Assembly (NCBI GenBank): GCA_951406725.2
Contig: OX597834.1
Span: forward strand, 43,214,001-43,278,000
DNA: 64,000 bases
DNA from: Octopus vulgaris
Taxonomy: Eukaryota
Direction: 5' to 3'
Shown here: piece after piece, positions 26,169 to 39,256 of the stretch
Layout: every line of letters begins with the position of its first letter
Position numbering within the stretch: position 1 is the first letter of the stretch
The notes under the pieces: model-generated
Databases searched by the model: none
Seen by the model: only the letters and a program-made list of their open reading frames with translations
Told to the model about the DNA's origin: nothing
Made by a program: the position numbers and the translations under genes

Positions 26169-26650
26169 TCTTTTATTCTTTTACTCGTTTCAGTGATTTT
26201 ACTGCAGCCATGCTGGAGCTTTACCTTTAGTCGAACAAATCGACCACGGAACTGGTTAGGACGATGCTACTGCTAGTTAGCCGCAGGAAACATCGTCTCC
26301 GTCTGGCTTCCCAACCGCATGGTTTCCGACTGTATTCTAGAACGGAAGAAAGATTAGTGAATGGATTTGTTAAACGGAAACTGAGAGAACCCCGTCGTAT
26401 ATGCATATATGTATGTTTATTTGAATATCTATGTACGTATGTCTCTGGGATAATGTGCTTGCAACTCACCACTTTTTGATAAATGTGATTAAGGCATTTA
26501 TCACCCCTAGACTTAGCGGTTCGGGAAAAAAAACATCGATAGTATAAGAGCTAGGGTGGAAAAATACGACTGGTATCGATTGGTTCAAGCCAAATATTTC
26601 AAGGCGGTGCCCCAGCTTGGGCGTAGTTTAATGACTAAAAAAAATAACAG
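26168..26650. mobile_element. Cluster of SINE-A pieces: minus-strand tail (26168-26245) and diverged plus copy (26305-26650)
   Basis: TTTTACTCGTTTCAGTGATTTTACTGCAGCCATGCTGGAGC (tail, minus); GTGAATGGATTTGTTAAACGGAAACTGAGAGAACCCCGTCG...AAGGCGGTGCCCCAGC (plus). Confidence 0.75.
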
Positions 26651-26701
26651 ATAAATGGTTTGTCAGTTTAGTATTAACAACTCACTCAAACGCTTATATG
26701 T

Positions 26702-27056
26702 GGAAGTGCAATGGCTGAGTGGTTAGGGCGGCGGACTCGCGGCTCTAGGATCGCGGTTTCGATTCCCAGACTTGGCGTTGTGAGTGTTTATTGAGTGAAA
26801 ACATCGAAAGCTCCACGATTCTGCGGCAGGGGGTGGTGGCGAACCCGGCTGTATTCTTTCACCACAACTTCCTCTCACTCTTTCTTTCTGTTTCTGTTGT
26901 ACCTGTATTTCAAAAGGCCGGCCTTGTCACACTCTGTGTCACGCTGAATCTTCCCGAGAAATACGTTAAGAGTAAACGTTAATTTAATGAGCAGGCTGTT
27001 CCGTTGATCGGATCAACTGGAATCCCTTGTCGTCGCAACCGACGGAGTGCCAGCAA
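26702..27056 (+). mobile_element. SINE-C with tail T2
   Basis: GGAAGTGCAATGGCTGAGTGGTTAGGGCGGCGGACTCGCG...GGTTTCGATTCCC; tail ends GACGGAGTGCCAGCA; collinear with 31950-32322. Confidence 0.88.
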
Positions 27057-27287
27057 ACACTTATATGATGGATTGAACAACAGAACAAATGAGTCTGTAT
27101 GCGATAACAGGGAACAGAAGAATTAGTTTTCCATTATGTTCTAACGTTATGTTATTGAGAAAGCTTAAATATTTATGATGAACGCTGATTCATTCGTCAG
27201 TGTTTAGAACAATCTTACGCATCCAAAATACATGCAATTTGTACACAGACACACACACACACACACACACACATATATTTATATACA

Positions 27288-27656
27288 CTCTTTTATTTGC
27301 TTCAGTATTTTGACTGCGGCCATGCTGGAGCACCGCCTTTAGTTAAGCAAATCGACCCCAGAGTTTATTCTTTGTAAGCCTACTACTTATTCTATCGGAT
27401 ATGTTTTGCCAAGCCGCTATGTTACGGGGACATAAACACACCAGCATCGGTTGTTGAGGGGACAAACACAGACACAAACCTATACACACACATACATATA
27501 AATACATATATACGACGGGCTTCTTCCAGTCTCCGACTACCAAATCCACTCACAAGGCTTTGGTAGAAGACAGTTGCCCAGAGTGCTACACAGTGGGACT
27601 GAACCCGGAAGCATCTCATTGGTAAGCAAGCTACTTACCACACATCCACTCCTGCG
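27288..27656 (-). mobile_element. SINE-A
   Basis: Reverse complement of the SINE-A consensus from tail (TGACTGCGGCCATGCTGGAGCACCGCC) to head (CTTACCACACATCCACTCCTGCG). Confidence 0.9.
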
Positions 27657-28074
27657 GCTGTATATATATATATATATATATTTAGGCACGCACACACGTA
27701 CACATATATGCACACACTCACGCACACACATACACAGGGGCACACATACATGTACATACATACATGCATTATGCACATACATATATCCAAACACGCACAT
27801 TGACACACAAACACACACACACACACACACGCATACATTAACACACACGTATTCTCACTAACACAATATACGCGTAGGGCACATCAAGATTAATTTTCGA
27901 ACGGATTCATTAGAGTGCTCAACTAATGATCGAATATATTTAGAATAGATTCAAGGCAATGACATCCACTCTATGTAAATGAAAGAAGAACGTGGAACGT
28001 GTCAACTTCTGAAATAACCATACGTAGGAAATTAATATGATTTATACTCTTAGAAATAGCTTTCGATCTGTCTA

Positions 28075-28105
<31 letters not shown>

Positions 28106-28127
28106 GCGTCTCTCTGCCTCTCTCTCA

Positions 28128-28206
<79 letters not shown>

Positions 28207-28353
28207 CCCTTCTATTGATCTATTTATCTATCTTTCTATCAATTTATCTTCTCTCTATCTCTCTTTCTTTTTCTCTCTCTCTCTGTCTCTCTCTTTATAT
28301 ATATATATATAATTATATATATCTGTTTTCTGTTTGTCTGTCTGTCTATCTGG

Positions 28354-28384
<31 letters not shown>

Positions 28385-28385
28385 G

Positions 28386-28463
<78 letters not shown>

Positions 28464-29149
28464 ATTTATCTCTCTCTCTCTCTCTCTCTCAGTCTCTCCA
28501 ACAGTCTTTCTGTATGCCATTCTATGTGTGTGTGAGAGAGAGTGTGTGTGTGTATGCCCGCGCGTTTGAATGTAAATGTGTGTGTGTTTCTGTTTCTGTT
28601 CGTGTTTCTGTTTGTGCCTGTGTGTGCACGCGCGTTTCTACGCCTTCTGTCAATCCTCCTTCTCTGCAGCCTCTCACCAGGCATTCACATAGCAATAACT
28701 CCGAATTCTGTGTCTGTGTGTTCCACTCCATCAATTCACCGTGTCGATTATATCTTAACAATGGAGCATACACACACACTCCGGTAGTGTCTGCTGTATT
28801 TCCGATACGAAATCTAACTTCACACCATGTCTGTGTGTCCGCGGCTGTGTTACCGAGTGTTTCGCTAACAGTTTTCGGCGGCCAGTGATTACTGGCTAAT
28901 CAGTCTCTATTAAAGTCCGCCTAATTAATTTATCTATTCTCACCTAATTTCTCACCAATAACTCATTAAGGTCTTACTTGCTGAAGAGAAAATAATCATT
29001 TGCTATATTGACACAGCTAAATCACCCCTCGTCTACGTTAATTAATCCCATATATGTGTGTGTAGATTTGTTTATGTGTGTGTGTATGTGTCTGTAGATA
29101 GAATGAAAGGTAGATGCTTACGTGTGTGTGTGTGTGTGTGTGTGTCAAA

Positions 29150-29427
29150 GCGCATGGCATTGTGGTTAAATGTGTTGCAACCACGACTGCAAGATCGTGG
29201 GTTCAATTCTCAGACCGGTTGCACGTTTCGGTCTTGGGCAAGCCACTTCATTTCACTGTGTTACAGTCCGCTCAGCTGTAAAATGGGTAACACCGGAACG
29301 GTCTACTTAGTATTCCAATCAGGCGCAATGTTGGTCTGCTCACCTAACTCGCGGAGGAACATCGTTTCAATACTAAAATTGCATTGTGACTAGCGATGTA
29401 TAACAACATCCAGTAGTCTGGTCGATA
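29150..29427 (+). mobile_element. SINE-D (CORE-like) ending in tail T1
   Basis: GCGCATGGCATTGTGGTTAA..GGGTTCAATTC..TCTTGGGCAAGCCACTT..CAGCTGTAAAATGGG (CORE-like), ends GCATTGTGACTAGCGATGTATAACAACATCCAGTAGTCTGGTCGA. Confidence 0.75.
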
Positions 29428-29469
29428 CCGTGATACCGATATATATATATATATGTGTGTGTGTGTGAA

Positions 29470-29799
29470 GGCGCATGGCTCAGTGTTTAGAGCGTCAAGC
29501 TTACGATCCTGAGGTTGTGAGTTCGAATCTCGGACCGGGCTGCGTGTTGTGTTCTTGAGCAAGACACTTTATTGCACGTTGCTCCAGTTCACTCAACTGT
29601 AGAAATGAGTTACGACATCACAGGTGCCAAGCTGTATCGGCCTTTGCCTTCCCCTTGGATAGCACTGGTGGCGTGGAGAGGGGAGGTCAGTATGCATGGG
29701 CGACCGCTGGTGTTCTATAAACAACCTTGCCCGGACTTGTGCCTGAGAGGGTAATTTTCTAGGTGCAATCTCATGGTCAGTCATGAACGAAGGGGTCTC
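29470..29799 (+). mobile_element. SINE-D (CORE-like) with tail T3
   Basis: GGCGCATGGCTCAGTG..GAGTTCGAATC..TGTGTTCTTGAGCAAGACACTTTA..CAACTGTAGAAATGAG, then tail to CATGAACGAAGGGGTCTC; second copy at 56472-56675, tail-only piece at 57622-57712. Confidence 0.85.
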
Positions 29800-30406
29800 A
29801 ATATATATATATATAAATATATATATACATTTATTTACGGATAATACTGCTGTAGCACACATGCTGCGTACACTCCTACAACAACGTTTTCTTTACGCAC
29901 TATAAAGGCAGAAGTAAATCTGCTTTCAACTCAGTCGCGCGGCTGTGGTTCGCTCATTTTTTGCGTGTTTTACTGCATTACTTTTATATATATGTCTATG
30001 TGTCTGTGTGTGTGCGTGCGTGTGTGTGTATGTATGTATGTATGTATGTATGTATGTATGCATGTATGTATATGTATATTTTTGGTGTATATGCCGAAGA
30101 TTACTTCGGATTAGCATTTACCCCTGCTGCTTTGTGTGTAGTGAAGCAGAATATCAAACTGAAACTTTCCTAGTTTATCATTGCTTTTGCTGTTTCCTGA
30201 ATGATCCAGGTTTCTTTGGTGAAAGAAGTCAAGATTTGACTAAATAAATATCACAGTCAGGTATAAAATGCCGTGCTCCTAGGCATTTCGTTCAGCGTCC
30301 AATCGTTCTGCAAATCTGGAATTTCAATTGTTTCTGAAAAGCTGAAAGAAAAAGCTTACGTTGGCGAGCTTTCAGCATAGCGTACAGTAACAAATAATTT
30401 AAGGTT

Positions 30407-30461
<55 letters not shown>

Positions 30462-30470
<9 letters not shown>

Positions 30471-30667
30471 TTGTTTCAGTCATTTGACTGCGGCCATGCT
30501 GGAGCACGGCCTTTAATCGAGCAACTCGACCCCGGGACTTATTCTTTTGTAAGCCCAGTACTTATTCTATCGGTCTGTTTTGCCGAACCGCTAAGTAACG
30601 GGGACATAAACACACCAGCATCGGTTGTCAAGCAATGCTAGGGTGACAAACACAGACAAACAAACAC

Positions 30668-30698
<31 letters not shown>

Positions 30699-30865
30699 CA
30701 TATATACGACGGGCTTCTTTCAGTTTCCGTCTACCAAATCCACTCACAAGGCTTTGGTCGGCCCGAGGCTATAGTAGAAGACACTTGCCCAAGGTGCCAC
30801 GCAGTGGGACTGAACCCAGAACCTTGCGGTTGGTAAACAAGCTACTTACCACACAGCCACTCCTG
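30462..30865 (-). mobile_element. SINE-A, full length, least diverged copy
   Basis: Complete head (GCAGGAGTGGCTGTGTGGTAAG..GGGTTCAGTCCC..CCTTGGGCAAGTGTCTT) to tail (GACTGAAACAAGTAAAAG) running into a (GA)n tract. Confidence 0.95.
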
Positions 30866-31949
30866 CTCCTTATCTGTCGGACTTTCTAACAACTCTGCCC
30901 ATTCCAGGCAATTACATGTGCCTTCCTGGTTACCGAACTGACGACCTACCTACCTAGTTACACACACATACATTTATACCGGCCTTGTGCCGGTATAAAT
31001 ATTTCAGCTACTAATTTTATAGATATTTTCCTGCTTTGGCTATGCGTGTCCAGGCAGGTCTTATAACAGACATTGCCTCTCCAAGGAATCTACAAGCTCC
31101 GAGCACATGGTCCATTTAATTTGCAAATCAGGTCGCTGATAGCAGAGAACTTACGAGAAAGCAAATACAATATGTGGAAACGTGAATTATGTGTATAAAT
31201 ATATGTGTGTGTATTTGTGTGTGCGTGAGTGTACTTTTACAGGCAGACACACGCACGCATCTGCACACATTTATGTAAAGTGCTATAAATAAATCTCCAT
31301 AGCTTGCTGTTTACTCGCTGTGAAGAAGGAACATCTTTCCGATCCTTTTCCGTTTCTATTTGCAGATCAAACGTAACATCTGCCAGTCTCATTCAATATC
31401 GAAGACACACAACAATATAATAAAACAAAGAAGGCGAATTATTTAAAATATAGGACACATCTTCCTACCACTTCCACGCACCTTCACAATCGCTCAAACA
31501 GTAGAAACAATGCTACATTGTGGCAGTCGCTAGTGATATCACTCCAGATTGATATCTATTTGGTGACTTCCATTAAGTTCGTGGTTTGATTTAAGCTTGA
31601 TAACAATACGATGTACAAAAGATAACAGCTATTTTTTGTGATAAACGTTTGGTCATAATGAGTGTAATATATGTTTGAGGTTGTTAAAAAGGTAAAGGGT
31701 AAAATAGTGAGATTGCTAGAGAATATGAATTCATCAACTAAGCTCTTTGAGAGGCTTACTTCCGTAAGATCTCACCAAAGTATTTTCTTCACCAAGCGAG
31801 CTTAGTGAATGTTGTCGGGTCTTTAATCGCCAACAGTCAGACCTTCACAGGTGATCATCAGAACATGGAAATGACATAAAGATATAGATATATGGTACAC
31901 AATTACCCACCCAAATACATATACAAATGCACACATATATATATACACA

Positions 31950-32322
31950 TGTTGGCACTCCGTCGCTTACGACGACGAGGGTCCCAGTTGATCCGGTCAA
32001 CGGAACAGCCTGCTCGTGAAATTAGCGTGCAAGTGGCTGAGCACTCCACAGACACGTGTACCTTTAATAAAGTTCTCGGGGGGATATTCAGTGTGACATA
32101 GAGTGTGACAAGGCGGGCCCTTTGAATTACAGGCACAACAGAAACAGAAGAAAGAGTGAGAGAAAGTTGTGGTGAAGAGTACAGCCACAATCCCCTGCCC
32201 GAGCCTCGTGTACCTTTAGGTGTTTTCGTTCAATACACACTCACAAAGCCCGGTCTGGGAATCGAAACCGCAATCCTATGACCACGAGTTCGCTGCCTTA
32301 ACAACTGGGCCATTGTGCCTCC
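31950..32322 (-). mobile_element. SINE-C with tail T2
   Basis: Reverse complement of 26702-27056 along its length. Confidence 0.9.
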
Positions 32323-32607
32323 AATATACACATACACAGATATATAGATGTAAATACAGCATGATGTGTACACATATACCCACAGAACGTCTGAGGAATG
32401 GAACTCTGTAGGTATAGACGGAAACAACCAAGATGTATCAATAAGCTCAATATTTGCATACAGTATTAGTATTAGAACCTGAGCATAAGGGCCAAAAAGA
32501 GATGCAATCAAGAACAAACATGAAGAAGAGGTACAACTCTGGCGTAATTTGATCTTTTCTTTTTTGTGAAGACGTGAACTTCCATTCCAACGCCTAAGAA
32601 TTATTAA

Positions 32608-32957
32608 CGTGGCCGTGCGGTGAGACGCTTGCTTCCCAACTACGTGGCTCCGGGTTCAAGGTACCTTGAGAAAATGACTTTTACTATAGCCTCGGGTCGA
32701 CCAAAGCCCTGAGAGTGGATTTGGTAGGCGGAAACTGAAAGAACCCCGTCGTATATATATATATATATGTTTGTGTGTTTGTGTGTATGTGTTTGTTCCT
32801 CCATCATCGCTTGACGACCGATGCTTGTGTGTTTCCGTCCGCACAAATTAGTGGCTCCGGGTTCAAGGTACCTTGAGAAAATGACTTTTACTATAGCCTC
32901 GGGTCGACCAAAGCCCTGAGAGTGGATTTGGTAGACGGAAACTGAAAGAACCCCGTC

Positions 32958-32989
<32 letters not shown>

Positions 32990-33103
32990 GTTTGTGTGTT
33001 TGTGTGTATGTGTTTGTTCCTCCACCATCGCTTGACGACCGATGCTTGTGTGTTTCCGTCCGCACAAATTAGTGGTTCGGCAAAAGGGACCGATAGAATA
33101 AGT
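32608..33103 (+). mobile_element. SINE-A with internal ~210-bp tandem duplication
   Basis: Units 32644-32850 and 32851-33071 are near-identical and share private mutations. Confidence 0.9.
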
Positions 33104-33112
33104 CCTCTGCTG

Positions 33113-33176
<64 letters not shown>

Positions 33177-33282
33177 CGGTCCGATGCTAAGCGCTTAGCA
33201 TTACGGTCTATAATGCTAAGCGCTTTATGGTTGTGAAACCAATGGTGACTATATGATCGGTCATATAATTTTACTTCCTATA

Positions 33283-33404
<122 letters not shown>

Positions 33405-33572
33405 CATGTGTGAATTTGTCTCTTTGTTGCATATGTATGCATATTTATGCAAGTATGTGTCTGCGTGTATCTATGCTTCGTCGATGTCTGTCGACATAAT
33501 TGAATAAACAGAGGGAGCTTGGGCAAATGGCACCATTAAGCAAGTGACACTTTGGTCAGGTCTCTTCTACCA

Positions 33573-33899
33573 TAATCTCGCCTCCTTATGAGAGCTCAAA
33601 ATCTCTCGTGGAAGCGTCATCCAACCAAAATGCAAATATATGGGAAACTACCACCTGTGTCATCTCTTGTGAAAGGTAGAAGAGTCAGTTTGCTAGGACA
33701 TTGTTGTAAAGCTGGAAAACTGTACGACATGATTGTTTACAAGCCTCTATCTGAGATGGCATCTCCTACCCTGATGTAATCTCCAGGAATACAGGCATCC
33801 AGCAACAGGACCTCCGTAATGCCATGATGGACCATGAGTCTGGCGTAGCATGGTAAATTCCATTGTCTCGACCACGGTCGAACAATGATGATGATGATA
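33573..33899 (+). mobile_element. RTE-clade LINE 3' fragment
   Basis: RLLMRAQNLSWKRHPTKMQIYGKLPPVSSLVKGRR..GHC, then YPDVISRNTGIQQQDLRNAMMD, ending in (TGA)n tail; typical RTE C-terminus. SINE-A fragments follow at 33900-33960 (+) and 34005-34112 (-). Confidence 0.8.
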
Positions 33900-35459
33900 A
33901 TCTCGGGCCGAACAATGCCTTGTGAGCAGATCTGGTAGACAGAAACTGAAAGAAGCCCTTTGTATATAGGGAGAATTCGCAAAAAACAAAAAAAACAAAA
34001 TGAAATCACAAGGCTTCGGTTGACATGAGGCCATAGGAGGAGGTGCTTGCCCAAGGTGTCACAAAGTAGGACTCAACCCACAAACATGTGGTGGGGAGGC
34101 AAGTTTCTTTCCACACACACACACGCCTACACATATAGCCAAGTCTTCCATATATGACCGTCACTTCATATACTGTAGTTTTCATTGTGTCTTTCCCTTC
34201 CTATACATACGTGATTAGGTTTGAAGATTATATGACTGCTATTTCTAGCAAATCAGATGGCTACGTACGGGTTTCTCTATGTGTGTCAGTCCCTTTAGTC
34301 GAGTTCTCTTCTCTCTGTACGCTATTTAAAAAGCTTGCAATAATTCAGTAGGTCCTCTCTTTGACGTCGGCCATGATATATCTGTTGCGTTGTACGTGTT
34401 GCTGGATATATAATGGGTTATGATTTATTTATGTGCAAATCATCCTTGGTTCGACTTGAACCTCACTAACCTACAGATCTACATCCAATGTTTACTATGA
34501 AGCTAATGAATTATAATGGAATTAAAGTCTGGGGAACCAATGTTGAATACGGTTAAACCTGATAAAAATAACGAAGTTAAAAGTAACGATAAAGCCTAGA
34601 CGAAGAGAAACTTTGAAATTCAGTTTCCTCTGCACCTGTTTCCGCTTTTTGAATTCTAAGTAAAAACAACAACAACAGCAACAACAAAAACTCCATGAAC
34701 AGCAACAACAATAACAACAACAACAACAACACACATGCACAACTAAATTGATATTTAGTTTCCCTCAGACTACATCAATTAACAACAAACCAATACATCA
34801 AGATTAGAAAGAGAGCTGTCTGTGCGTCACTCACGTTATTTCAAACTCATAGAGTCGTAACTAATTATATTGGAACATTAAGGAGAAAACAATATGGTAA
34901 ATTATATTTCCATTGAAATGAGGAATTATTTGTGAGGAGTAGCGGTTGGAAAGCCAAGAATCATTCATGTCAAAGCAGTTAGAGTAATTTAAAGTGTATT
35001 TTAGCTAAGAAGTTTAAATATAATCAAATAAAGTAATTTATTTCTGAATCGTTGAGACACTACTTCCGCAAATGTTATTCATTATAGAATTAAGATTTTG
35101 AATTTAAAGATTTTCAATGTTATTTCTGAGTATTTTTATTTATTCTTTTTTGTTTCACCTTTTTTGTTTTCATTTTTTTTTTGTGTGTGTTTCTGCATTT
35201 GGTGTTTTTTTTTCTCTCTTTTTACGTCTGTCGAGTTATTTATTATGTACGTCGAGTGAGAACTGCTTCTAAAAGGATATTTGTTCAACAATCTGTTTAG
35301 TACTTATACATCGTTCACATACACATTGCAACATATATGAACACACGATATACACAAGTGTCTAACAGGACGTATACATATGTACGTGTATATATAAAAT
35401 TATGTATGTATATACATATATGTATTTATACCAACATACAACTATATGTATATATATAT

Positions 35460-35510
<51 letters not shown>

Positions 35511-35604
35511 CATACATATATATATATATACATATATATACATATATACATGCTTATATATGGCGTAATATATATTGCATTATATGGCATCGTTTTTATG
35601 TTTT

Positions 35605-35795
35605 ATATTTTATCGGTTTCAGTTATTAAGCTGTGGTCATGCTGGAGCACCACCATGCAGACATTAAAGTCGAACGAGCAGACTCCAGTACGTTTTAAAC
35701 TAGGTGCTTATTCTATTGATCTATTCATTTGTTCGAAGCGCTAAATTATGATGGGGGGTGGAAATACAGACACAAACATACGCATATACAATGTA

Positions 35796-35830
<35 letters not shown>

Positions 35831-36060
35831 TACGTATCTATATATCAATCTATCTACACACACACATATGTATGTATTCTTTTATTCTTGTACTTGCTTC
35901 AGACATTTGACTGTGGTCATGCTGCAGTACCACTTTTAGTCGAGCAGATCGACCCCAGGACTTATTCTGTCGGTCTCTTTAGCCGAACCGCTAGGTTACG
36001 GGTACGTAAACACACCAGCATCGGGTGTCAGGCGATACTGGGGTAACAGACACAGACACA
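35605..36060 (-). mobile_element. Two diverged SINE-A 3' halves
   Basis: CTGTGGTCATGCTGGAGCACCACC (35631-) and GACTGTGGTCATGCTGCAGTACCAC..GCCGAACCGCTAGGTTACGGG..AAACACACCAGCATCGG (35910-36024). Confidence 0.8.
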
Positions 36061-36382
36061 CATACATATACACATATACATACATGTAGAGCAAAAGGGT
36101 ACTTTGGTGATCATGAAAGTCAAATTAACAAATCAAATACGAGTGAAAGAAGTGACTGTGCGATCTGTAGAGGAAAATCTGAAAAAATGCTTGGAGATTC
36201 TTAGACATGCATGCATCTCCGCAAAGTCTGTAGAGAAGTGTGCAGCTGGAACGTAGGTTGCCCAAGATCAAATGATGCTGAAGGTTTATAAAAATTGTGG
36301 GAATCAGGGCTATAGTATGGCTATACTATAACCCAGATTCCCACAATATATACACACCCATAAATGTATATATCTACAGATC

Positions 36383-36478
<96 letters not shown>

Positions 36479-37924
36479 TTCTATACAGATATATTCCTAC
36501 GTATATATAATGATGTGTGTGAGTGTATATATATATATATGTATTTATACATATGTGTGTGTGTTTGTGTTTGTGTTTGTGTGTGTGCGTGTGTCTGTCA
36601 TTATGTATGTATGTATGTATGTATGTGCATGCATAACGTTCTTCTATCGACAAAGTATTTTCGATGTTGTCGTGTGTTGGGTTCAGCCTTAATCCTCGAA
36701 GACTTCCTCAGTGGATTCGTATTATTAAGAACAACGATTCCCAATGTTCTCCAGGGATATATGCCTGTAGATGATATGTACTAACATATTCAATTACATC
36801 ATATAACCGAAATCAGCCGTCATAGCCTGACAGTGTAAATCCGACAAAAAAAAAGAAAAAAAAGAACTACATCATATTTAAAATTATTTATTGCACATAA
36901 TATTTGCGCCATTGAGTGTTAAATATCTTGATCACTGAGAAGGAGCAGTATTTATGATGGCATACTTAGCAACACAGTTGTATAATCAATTACATGTATT
37001 TATGTGGGCGCTCGTAAACACGCACGTAATCTGGTGCGCATACACCATTACACACTTCTACATACATGAATATATGTTTCTTGTTTTATATGACTGTGTC
37101 TTTTCTCAACAGAAAGGAAAGTAAACCGAAAGAACAAAGTGAAAAGTAATTTATTGCTTTTCCTATAATTTATGCAGACTTGCCTTATTTGGAAATATTT
37201 CCTCTACTGCTGCCTCCTACATTGCTGCCCGCATTTTGTTGGTGTTGAATGATTTGCGGAACATGCTTAAGAGTTGTAGTGAATTTTGTTCAATTTCTTC
37301 CATCGTATGAAATCGTCGAGAAGAGAAAATGTTTGCCAGGGCCACATCTGAAGAGCAGAAGAAACAGAGAACAAACATTGTTTCGTACGTTGCATCAAAT
37401 ATCTAGGGTAACCATGACGATGGAACAGCTACGATATCGTTATGCAGCACATAGGTTTTCTTTGTCCATATTTTAGCCATGTTTCTATACCCTTTCTATC
37501 TCTCTCCTCCACCTCTCTCTTACAATCATGTACAATAATTTCACGGTTGTCTGACCTCAATGAATAATGCCTTTTCAGCCCTGATCAAAAGCCATTTTAA
37601 CATGTTATATTTATTCCTTTAATTGTGTCTCTGCACACATGATATAACCGATTACGTCCACTGTTTTTTTTTGCCATTAAATCCTAGACGCACACACATG
37701 TTTCGTAACTTGTTAAATAAGAGTTTTTCAGCGTTCAAACAATGAAGCAGCTCCGAGCCATGTCTAAATCGTCTTTCTATGTCTTCACGAATTTTGCATC
37801 AATAACATGCATCAGCAATTATTCTTTTAACGAACATTCACAGATATGTACTACGTTGGAAATTTTACGAAAACGTAGAAGACAATTTTCACTATATACA
37901 CAGCACATTATGTAGGGATCTAAC

Positions 37925-38548
37925 GTTCCATTCTTATAGGCCACATGCCCTAAATTCCTTCGAGATGTTCCAAAATGCGGTGTCTTCGCCAGAGCTATCG
38001 TATAACTCTACGCGACCGAATCTCAAATGACATCCGAGAAAAATGCCAGGATCTGCAGCCGATTTATGAAGACCAGATACATACTTCTTTACTACCCACA
38101 AGGGGCTAAACACAGAGAGGACAAACGAGGACAGACAAACGGATTAAGTCGATTATATCGACCCCAGTGCGTAACTGGTACTTAATTTATCGATCTCGAA
38201 AGGATGAAAAGCAAAGTCGACCTCGGCGCAATTTGAAGTCAGAACGTAACGGCAGACGAAATACGGCTACGCATTTCGCCCGGCGTGCTAACATTTCTGC
38301 CAGATTGCCGCCTTCCTGAAGACCAAATACAGCAGAGCAGTCTACAGCGGTATGGCACCGAAAGACTGACAGACCAACTTTTGTGGAGGCAACGACCCAC
38401 GCATTGGGGAGTCCAGCACAGCGCACAAAACAAATTGAGCTCTACCTGAAGTCGCAGACCCTCAAACTCAAAAATGCTAAGACCAGCATCATGGATTGGA
38501 AAGCGTGGGCTAACATTATCACCAGAAAGTGCCATCCAGCTAGGGATT
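37925..38548 (+). mobile_element. Old RTE-clade LINE 3' fragment interrupted by a SINE-B
   Basis: MRCLRQSYRITLRDRISNDIREKC (RTE MRCLR..I..RDRI.N motif), continuing after the SINE as QIQQSSLQRYG and later IMDWKAWANII. Confidence 0.65.
38082..38316 (-). mobile_element. SINE-B with tail B1 and 15-bp TSD
   Basis: Full head-to-tail match to the 22106 copy; TSD TGAAGACCAGATACA (38067-38081) / TGAAGACCAAATACA (38317-38331). Confidence 0.93.
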
Positions 38549-39042
38549 AAAGAAAAATCAGATTATGAACAGAGAGAATATTGGCAATGGATTCGGTGTT
38601 ATTTATATTAATCCTATTATTTATGTTATCTAATTTATTTAATGAGTTTGCAGCTAATTTACTTGGTTAGTGATAATGTCCAGTTCGAGATGAAAATAGT
38701 CACTTGTTATTGATAGTCAGACTTTCCTCATCAAATCACGAGTGCTTGTGTTACCAATTTCGTTTTCTCTCTTTTTAATATTGCCATTCGAATAATTTCA
38801 TGTTTGTCCGTTAACACTGAGACAGCAGCAACATTCTATTTGGTAAAAGTTATCCATATAAATATTTGAATTACTTCGGTGATATTCTAATTTCAAAATC
38901 ACAAATTCCGAAATGACATTTCATTTTCTCGTCTGCAGATACTTCGTCTCAATCAGATAAGAAGGGCGCTAATATTTGTATTTTAATCATTTCTTCTAGG
39001 AATGTCATGATCAAAAGTTATTTTTTTACATATTGTACACAA

Positions 39043-39256
39043 TCCTTCCTTCTGTACGCACAAGGCTTGGATTTTTGTGGGGAGGAGGACAATCGTTCGC
39101 ATCGACCCCAGTACTTGACTGGTACTTAATTTATCGATCTCGAAAGGATGAACGGCAAGTCGACCTCGGTGGAATTTGAACTCAGAACGTAGCAACAGAC
39201 GAAATACTGCCAAGCATTTCGCCCGGCGTGCTAACGATTCTGCCAACTCACTGCCT
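39043..39256 (-). mobile_element. SINE-B with tail B2
   Basis: Same head and core as the 38082 copy but tail GCACAAGGCTTGGATTTTTGTGGGGAGG. Confidence 0.88.

Noticed and set aside
26702-26770. tRNA-Arg-like sequence (and other SINE heads) as real tRNA genes
   Set aside because: Acceptor stems do not pair and each continues into a multi-copy SINE body.
36085-36340. Possible RTE fragment (MKVKLTNQIRVKEV)
   Set aside because: Similarity is too faint to support without a search.
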